DNA of 14,252 bases from Candidatus Dadabacteria bacterium (GTDB lineage: Bacteria > Desulfobacterota_D > UBA1144 > Nemesobacterales > JADFKM01): contig JADFKM010000055.1 in the NCBI GenBank assembly GCA_022564935.1, forward strand, positions 1 to 14,252, written 5' to 3'. The translations under genes were made by a program, and so were the position numbers. Below the pieces are notes generated by a model, which searched no databases, was not told the DNA's origin, and saw nothing but the letters and a program-made list of their open reading frames with translations. How positions within the stretch are numbered: position 1 is the first letter of the stretch; every line of letters begins with the position of its first letter. Positions 8,254-14,252 of the stretch are shown piece by piece.

Positions 8254-9909
8254 TCAACTTCCCGAACGAAGGATAGATAAAATCACCCAAAGCCCCAGAA
8301 ACGATGCCAGGGCGAAGCCGCCTACGGCAAAGAAAACGGCCAGCGCCGATGAGGATTTAAAGATCAGAAGCATTAGAGATGAAAAAACCAGTAGAGCGAT
8401 CAACACGACCAGGATAATCCTGTTGATAGCCGCCTCCCACATGAGCGCCCTTTTTACAGCGCCCGCGTCGTCCACGCGTATCTTAAACTTTCCCTCCTCC
8501 AACCGATCGAGGATGTTCTTTATTTGGGGGGGGGCTTCTTGAAGGGTGGTGGACAGGTATGCCAGGGCCTTTGTAAGGTCCTTGGATATGTTCTCGAAGC
8601 TGTAGCGGTTTTTAAAGATTTCGAGCAGATAGGGTTTAGATTCCTCGAAAATGTTGATTTCCGGATCGAGCGTTTTACCCACGCTCTCCATTGTGACCAG
8701 AGCCTTGCACATTAGGGCGTATTCATACGGAATTCTAATCTTGTGGCGGAAAGCTCCCTCGAATATGTCTTTTAAAAACGCACCAAGCTCAATGTATTTT
8801 AGCTGCTTTCCGAAGTGTTTCTCGCAGATGTCCAACACGTCGCTCCTGAACTCTCCGGTGTCTACATCTTCTTCTTTTATCCCTATTCTGTAGAGGATTT
8901 GAACCACCTCTTCGAAATCTTCCCTCGTTATTGCCAGCAGGAGCAGGAGCATACGGTTTTTTATGTCTTCGCTGACCCTTCCTACTTGTCCCAGATCAAG
9001 GTAGGTGATAAGGGGGTGTGGCATCACAAATACGTTTCCCGGATGGGGGTCTGAGTGGAAAAACCCGTCCCGAAACACCATTTCCATCACAGCTCGGAGC
9101 CCCAGTCTCGCGAGCGTTTTTTGATCTATACCCAGGACTTTGGCGTCAGTTATCTTTACGCCGTTTATAAAGTCCATAGTTATGATTCTTTTTCCTGAAA
9201 GGTCGCTGTGCACTGCCGGGAAGTTTATTTCTTCGTTGTTTTTGAAATTTTTCCTGAATCTCTCGGAGTTAGCCGCTTCGATGGTGAAGTCAAGCTCTTT
9301 CATCATTGTGCGCTCAAATTCCCTTATGATCTTAATGGGTGAGTAAAGATTTAGCTCGGGGATTGTTTTTGTAGCCAACCTGGCGAGCAAATACATGAGG
9401 TCGATGTCGCTTTCAATCAGGGGTTTAATGCCCGGTCGCTGTACTTTTACGGCCACCTGCCTGCCGTTTTTGAGTACGGCTTTGTGAACCTGTGATAGGG
9501 AAGCCGAAGCGACGGGGGTCGGATCGAACCGGCTGAAAGCGTCTGGGATTTCAGTGCCCAGCTCCAGCCTGATCTGGTCTTCTACTTCTTCTATTGGAAA
9601 TGGGGACACGTCGTCTTGGAGTTTTGAGAACTCAGCTACGTAATCTGGGGGAACTAAGTCCGGGCGCGTGGAGAGTATTTGTCCGAGCTTGATAAACGTC
9701 GGTCCCAATTCTTCGAATGCACTGCGAATTCGCTCCGGGTTCGTGCCTTTCGGGGCGGTCGGGGAAGGAATAATGGTCCCCAGGACTTTGGAGCCCTCCA
9801 GCCCCAACCTCTCAATCATGTGGCCGTAACCGTATTTGGCCAGAACCGCTAGGATTTGGCGAAGCCTTTGGAGGTCTTTAATCTTTGTTAGAACGGATAT
9901 TGCGTTCAA
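8254..9909 (-). CDS. ubiB: ABC1/UbiB-family atypical protein kinase (aarF-domain kinase)
   Basis: 551 aa. N-terminal helix plus GPTFIKLGQILSTRPDLVPPDYVAEFSKLQDDVSPFP, then ASASLSQVHKAVLKNGRQVAVKVQRPGI (ABC1 kinase motifs), and two C-terminal TM helices as in UbiB. TTG start at 9909 overlaps the upstream gene's TGA stop. Confidence 0.85.
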   Translation of the reverse strand: MNAISVLTKIKDLQRLRQILAVLAKYGYGHMIERLGLEGSKVLGTIIPSPTAPKGTNPERIRSAFEELGPTFIKLGQILSTRPDLVPPDYVAEFSKLQDDVSPFPIEEVEDQIRLELGTEIPDAFSRFDPTPVASASLSQVHKAVLKNGRQVAVKVQRPGIKPLIESDIDLMYLLARLATKTIPELNLYSPIKIIREFERTMMKELDFTIEAANSERFRKNFKNNEEINFPAVHSDLSGKRIITMDFINGVKITDAKVLGIDQKTLARLGLRAVMEMVFRDGFFHSDPHPGNVFVMPHPLITYLDLGQVGRVSEDIKNRMLLLLLAITREDFEEVVQILYRIGIKEEDVDTGEFRSDVLDICEKHFGKQLKYIELGAFLKDIFEGAFRHKIRIPYEYALMCKALVTMESVGKTLDPEINIFEESKPYLLEIFKNRYSFENISKDLTKALAYLSTTLQEAPPQIKNILDRLEEGKFKIRVDDAGAVKRALMWEAAINRIILVVLIALLVFSSLMLLIFKSSSALAVFFAVGGFALASFLGLWVILSILRSGS

Positions 9910-11207
9910 TGCTCTTCGAGCCTCAATTCCTTAAATAGTTTATAGACGTCGTAGTAGGGCTCCCCGCGTTCTTTGGCCCTCGAGTAGAAATCTTTTAGCT
10001 CCTTGATCAATTTAATCAGTTTTTGTTTCCCTTCTGTTGTTTCGAGTGACTCTCTTGGGGTTTGCCCGCTAAGGGCATCATGCGGCGCGTCAAGCCAGCT
10101 TTTGTAATATTGATCCAGTATAGTGTTCATCTCCCGTTTAGTCTTAACCCCGGGGGGAGGCCTCAACCTTTTCTGTGGCTTATTCTTTACCTTTTTATTC
10201 ACGTGAAAGCTCGCTTTATTTATGTAGCGCTTTTCGAACTTTATCAACTCGCCTAAGTTCGACTCGAATACTGTCCTGGCAGCGCTGAGCGACTTATTTG
10301 AATTGCACTGTATGACGAATTTTGTCTTCTCAACTTCGATTGTGCCCATAAAGTGCTCGGCTCCTTGCCCTGCCCACGAAAACACATTCAGATCCTTGGA
10401 GCCTCCCGGCAGCTCGGAGAGGGAATTTTCGGTTTGAAGTATTTTTACCACCTCATTGCGGTCGGTTATTTTGTATCTCGCGGCGACAAGTTTTAATTCC
10501 TCCCCATCGGGGGTGATGTAGTGCGGGTCGTTTATTATTTCCTCAAGGTAATGGCCGATTAAATATCCCCAGTCTCGAATGTAATCTCTTAGGTCTCTTT
10601 CCTTGCCGAATGCCTTTTTGTACTCTTCGAATTCCCTAAGGAAATATTTGAGAATAAGGGATTTAAAGTTGTGTGGATAGATTGATACTACGCCGGAAAA
10701 GTAGCACTGGTTGCCGGTTATCAGGGTTCTTGCTGAAATTATATCCGAATGCCTGATGTGTTTCGATGATGCCCTGTCGTGTACTTGAAAGTTCTCTCCG
10801 GTGAATATATCTCTTATTTTTGACCAATTCCCTGCGGCAACATCTTCAACCTCAAAATAACTCAGTAAGCTAGCTGTCCATGAATCAAGCATCAACCCCT
10901 CTATTGTTGGAAGGGAGGGGCCTTCGCGTTCCTTGAACAGCTCGATAACCCTTTTTTCATAATTGATGAGTTTGAAATCGTAGATGAACCAGTCGAAGAA
11001 TTTTGAAAAAGTCGTTTCGTCAATATCATCTTCAAAGTCTTCTACCAGGAGCTCAGGGTCATTTTTCCAAATATAGAAGGCTTCGCCCAGCTGATCCTGA
11101 ATGTCGGATTGGCTTGTGAACTCGACCAATTGACATTGGAGGCTGCTCTGGGCTTTGTCAATCTCTGCTTCATCGAGGTTTAAAAAGGGATTTTCCTTTT
11201 TAGTCAT
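9906..11207 (-). CDS. Hypothetical protein (433 aa), translationally coupled to the ABC1/UbiB kinase. Acidic N-terminus; C-terminal W..P..AL.G.TP.E motif resembling DUF2384/Xre-antitoxin-type domains.
   Basis: Long ORF with good coding character. ATG at 11207. Its stop TGA at 9906-9908 overlaps the kinase TTG start. The C-terminal YYKSWLDAPHDALSGQTPRESLETTEGKQKLIKLIKEL resembles the toxin-binding domain of MbcA/ParS-like antitoxins, but the other ~370 aa have no motif I can recognise. Confidence 0.7.
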   Translation of the reverse strand: MTKKENPFLNLDEAEIDKAQSSLQCQLVEFTSQSDIQDQLGEAFYIWKNDPELLVEDFEDDIDETTFSKFFDWFIYDFKLINYEKRVIELFKEREGPSLPTIEGLMLDSWTASLLSYFEVEDVAAGNWSKIRDIFTGENFQVHDRASSKHIRHSDIISARTLITGNQCYFSGVVSIYPHNFKSLILKYFLREFEEYKKAFGKERDLRDYIRDWGYLIGHYLEEIINDPHYITPDGEELKLVAARYKITDRNEVVKILQTENSLSELPGGSKDLNVFSWAGQGAEHFMGTIEVEKTKFVIQCNSNKSLSAARTVFESNLGELIKFEKRYINKASFHVNKKVKNKPQKRLRPPPGVKTKREMNTILDQYYKSWLDAPHDALSGQTPRESLETTEGKQKLIKLIKELKDFYSRAKERGEPYYDVYKLFKELRLEEH

Positions 11208-11477
11208 TGAAAAAAGCTAAATGATTACCAAAATTGTGTCAATCGGCTTTGTGGGGTAAGCGGACGTTTTTACTTTCATGAGTGGGAACGGACAGTTGAT
11301 AAAGCGGGATATTTACATCAAAAAGCATAAAGCTCCCTACAAATTTGCATTTTGAAAATAAGCGGATAAAATACTACCCTCTTTTTTTTGTCGGCCCGGG
11401 TGAAAACTGCGCTCTAAGGACACCGGCAATGAGGTTTTACGGGCTGCTTAATCGAAGGGTTTATGTAGTATTTGAAT

Positions 11478-11507
11478 TTGACAAAGACCATATAGCAGGG
11501 ACATAAT
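11478..11507 (+). promoter_or_regulatory. Sigma70-like promoter for the str operon (rpsL)
   Basis: TTGACA (11478-11483), an 18-nt spacer, then CATAAT (11502-11507). It sits about 47 nt upstream of the rpsL ATG. A second TTGAAT lies immediately 5' of the -35. Confidence 0.45.
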
Positions 11508-11553
11508 ATCAGATTCACGTAAATTTTTATGGAATGGGAGGAAGGGGTCATAA

Positions 11554-11925
11554 ATGCCCACAATAAGTCAGCTTATTAGGTCTAGGAGGGAGCAGGTAAA
11601 AAAGAAAAGCAAGGCTCCCGCTCTTCAAAACTCTCCCCAAAAAAGAGGGGTTTGTGTGCGCGTTTATACTACCACTCCCAAAAAACCTAATTCCGCCCTT
11701 AGAAAGGTAGCAAGAATAAGGTTGACAAACGGAATAGAGATTACCGGATACATACCTGGAGAAGGACATTCCCTCCAGGAGCACTCTGTTGTTCTCATTA
11801 GAGGAGGCAGGGTAAAAGACCTGCCCGGTGTGAGATACCACATTGTAAGAGGCACATTAGACACCACTGGTGTTGAAAACAGGAAAAAGAGCCGCTCCAA
11901 GTATGGGACGAAAAAGCCTAAATAA
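11554..11925 (+). CDS. rpsL: 30S ribosomal protein S12
   Basis: 123 aa. Unmistakable S12 sequence: MPTISQLIR...[73 protein letters not shown] upstream of the ATG. Confidence 0.97.
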   Translation: MPTISQLIRSRREQVKKKSKAPALQNSPQKRGVCVRVYTTTPKKPNSALRKVARIRLTNGIEITGYIPGEGHSLQEHSVVLIRGGRVKDLPGVRYHIVRGTLDTTGVENRKKSRSKYGTKKPK

Positions 11926-11945
11926 TATCTGAGGAACTTGAAAAC

Positions 11946-12416
11946 ATGCCTAGAAAAGGACCTGCGTCATCGAGGAGGGCTAAACCCGATCCAAAGTACA
12001 ACGATATTGTGGTTGCGAAATTCATAAATGCGATCATGTACGGCGGCAAAAAGAGCAAGGCCGAGGAGATAGTCTACGGAGCGCTCGATATTATCGGGGA
12101 GAAAACCGGACATGACCCCTTTGATGTTTTCATCAAAGCCATGGAGAACGTAAAGCCCGGAGTGGAGGTAAGGTCGCGCAGGGTCGGCGGAGCCACATAT
12201 CAGGTTCCGGTTGAGGTTTCGCATTTCAGGCGCCAGTCCCTTGGGATCAGGTGGCTTATCAATTCTGCCAGACGGGCCCCCGGAAAGTCCATGGCGCAGA
12301 AGCTTGCCGCTGAGCTCACCGAAGCCTCGCAGGGCAGAGGGCCGTCGATTAAGAGGCGGGAAGACACTTACAGAATGGCCGAAGCCAACAGGGCGTTTGC
12401 TCATTATAGGTGGTGA
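11946..12416 (+). CDS. rpsG: 30S ribosomal protein S7
   Basis: 156 aa. [48 protein letters not shown]... canonical S7. GAGGA RBS; 20-nt gap after rpsL. Confidence 0.97.
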   Translation: MPRKGPASSRRAKPDPKYNDIVVAKFINAIMYGGKKSKAEEIVYGALDIIGEKTGHDPFDVFIKAMENVKPGVEVRSRRVGGATYQVPVEVSHFRRQSLGIRWLINSARRAPGKSMAQKLAAELTEASQGRGPSIKRREDTYRMAEANRAFAHYRW

Positions 12417-12433
12417 GTTGGGAGGAAGTTGAT

Positions 12434-14252
12434 TTGAGCGACAGTTTTCCGAAAGAAACAGTTAGAAATATAGGCATCATAGCCCATATCGATGCGGGCA
12501 AAACCACAACCACTGAAAGGATACTGTACTATACCGGTCTTACTTACAAGATAGGCGAGGTACATGAAGGAACGGCCACTATGGACTGGATGGAGCTGGA
12601 GCGGGAGCGGGGTATAACTATTACCTCCGCTACTACGACGTGTTTTTGGAAAGATCATAGGATTAACATAATCGACACTCCCGGGCACGTGGATTTTACG
12701 ATTGAGGTTGAAAGGTCACTAAAAATATTGGATGGCGCCGTGGTTGTTTTTGATAGCGTCGGGGGCGTGGAGCCTCAATCCGAGACCGTTTGGCGGCAGG
12801 CCGACCGCTACAAGATACCGCGTCTTTGTTTTGTGAATAAGATGGACAGGGTAGGGGCAGATTACTTCAGAGTGATAGAGCAGATAAGGAGCAGGCTAGC
12901 GGCAAATCCTGTCTATCTGCAAATACCATGGAAAGATAGAGATGATTTCAAGGGAATCGTAGACTTAGTGGAGATGAAGCTTGTTGTGTGGGATGAAACT
13001 TCCCTGGGCATGCAATATAAATTTGTGGATATACCGCAGGAGCTGCAAGAGGAGGCGGATAAAGGAAGAGAGCAGCTTATAGAAGCCGTATCCGATGTTG
13101 ACGAGCAGATAATGGAGCTCTACTTAGAAGGAAAGGAAGTACCCGCGGATAAGCTCGCGGGTGCCTTAAGAAAAGCCACTATCGATATAAACCTTATCCC
13201 TGTGCTGTGCGGCTCGGCATTCAAGAACAAAGGGGTGCAGAGGCTGCTCGATGCCATAGTGGATTATCTGCCTTCCCCAGTTGATCTCCCTCCGATAAAG
13301 GGCATCAATCCCAATACCGACGCCGAAGAGCAGAGATTACCAAAGAATTCCGAGCCCCTCTCGGCCCTGGTTTTTAAAATCCTCACCGACCCGTTTGTCG
13401 GTCAGTTGACTTATGTGAGGGTTTATTCCGGCACCATCAAAACCGGAAATAGTGTATTTAACCCCGTTAAACGCACCCGTGAGAAGATAGGAAGGCTGCT
13501 GAGGATGCACGCTAATAAAAGGGAGGAAGTCTCAATAGTCGAGGCCGGCGATATTGCAGCCGTCGTAGGTTTGAAGAACGCTACCACGGGCGATACGCTT
13601 TGCGATGAGGCAAATGCCTTAGTGCTTGAGAGCCTCGAGTTCCCGAACCCGGTAATTTCAGTCGCAATAGAGCCTAAGACAAAATCCGATCAGGCAAAGC
13701 TGGGTATATCGCTTAATAAGCTCACCATTGAAGACCCGTCATTCAACGTGAGTTACCAGGAGGATACGGGACAGACCATTATATCCGGTATGGGAGAGCT
13801 GCACCTTGAGATTATAGTAGATCGTCTGAGCAGGGAGTTTAGCGTTGATGCCAATGTGGGAAATCCGCAGGTCGCATACAAAGAGACAATCACTAAACAG
13901 ACCGAGGCGGAAGGCAAGTTCATCAGGCAGACAGGGGGAAGGGGTCAGTACGGACATGTTAAGATAAGAGTCGAGCCCCTTAAGCGAGGGAGCGGTTTTG
14001 AGTTCATCGACGAGATAAAGGGAGGGGCTGTACCCAGGGAGTTCATACCCGCTGTGGAAAAGGGCGTTAAGGAGGCTCTTGAGACGGGAGTCGTAGCGGG
14101 GTATCCGATTGTTGATGTGGCGGTCAGATTGTACGACGGGTCTTTTCACGATGTTGATTCCTCCGAGCTCGCGTTTAAAGTGGCCGGGTCGATGGCCTTT
14201 AAGGACGCCTTTATCCGGGGCAGCCCGACTATATTGGAACCCGTTATGAGTG
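12434..14252 (+). CDS. fusA: Elongation factor G, 5' partial. It continues beyond the window end.
   Basis: TTG at 12434 preceded by GGAGGAAG at a 5-nt spacing. Translation gives [34 protein letters not shown]...[16 protein letters not shown]...[14 protein letters not shown]...NKMDR, and the frame is open to the last base. GTG codons at 12410 and 12413 are less likely alternative starts because they overlap rpsG. Confidence 0.92.
   Translation, partial: MSDSFPKETVRNIGIIAHIDAGKTTTTERILYYTGLTYKIGEVHEGTATMDWMELERERGITITSATTTCFWKDHRINIIDTPGHVDFTIEVERSLKILDGAVVVFDSVGGVEPQSETVWRQADRYKIPRLCFVNKMDRVGADYFRVIEQIRSRLAANPVYLQIPWKDRDDFKGIVDLVEMKLVVWDETSLGMQYKFVDIPQELQEEADKGREQLIEAVSDVDEQIMELYLEGKEVPADKLAGALRKATIDINLIPVLCGSAFKNKGVQRLLDAIVDYLPSPVDLPPIKGINPNTDAEEQRLPKNSEPLSALVFKILTDPFVGQLTYVRVYSGTIKTGNSVFNPVKRTREKIGRLLRMHANKREEVSIVEAGDIAAVVGLKNATTGDTLCDEANALVLESLEFPNPVISVAIEPKTKSDQAKLGISLNKLTIEDPSFNVSYQEDTGQTIISGMGELHLEIIVDRLSREFSVDANVGNPQVAYKETITKQTEAEGKFIRQTGGRGQYGHVKIRVEPLKRGSGFEFIDEIKGGAVPREFIPAVEKGVKEALETGVVAGYPIVDVAVRLYDGSFHDVDSSELAFKVAGSMAFKDAFIRGSPTILEPVMS

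Noticed and set aside
11967-12404. 145-aa minus-strand ORF overlapping rpsG, plus small ORFs antisense to rpsL (11548-11900)
   Set aside because: They lie entirely within universally conserved ribosomal protein genes on the opposite strand and are shadow ORFs.
13739-14149. 136-aa minus-strand ORF near the right edge
   Set aside because: It lies inside fusA (EF-G), whose plus-strand translation is unambiguous.

Overview
Bacterial chromosomal segment, roughly 50% GC, densely coding on both strands. Gene order is as follows. (1) The 3' end of a radical-SAM/SPASM-domain gene (AhbD/NirJ/PqqE-like) entering from the left edge. (2) A long-chain acyl-CoA synthetase (AMP-binding, FadD-like) on the minus strand. 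(3) A minus-strand metal (Zn/Mn) ABC importer operon in the order substrate-binding protein, ATPase, permease (znuA-C-B-like), with start/stop overlaps. (4) Divergent from it, a secreted subtilisin-family (S8) serine protease with Cys-rich MopE-like repeats and a C-terminal sorting-signal-like tail. (5) An SPFH/band-7 (HflC/prohibitin-like) membrane protein. (6) A minus-strand pair with overlapping stop/start: a 433-aa protein of unknown function upstream of an ABC1/UbiB-family atypical kinase. (7) Divergent from that pair, the start of the str operon, rpsL-rpsG-fusA, with fusA running off the right edge. No tRNA or rRNA genes, CRISPR arrays or IS elements were seen. Most intergenic signals (promoters, one palindromic operator candidate, a G-quadruplex motif, homopolymeric tracts) are weak and sequence-only. 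The most open question is the 433-aa unknown protein translationally coupled to the ABC1 kinase. The decorated protease is the second.
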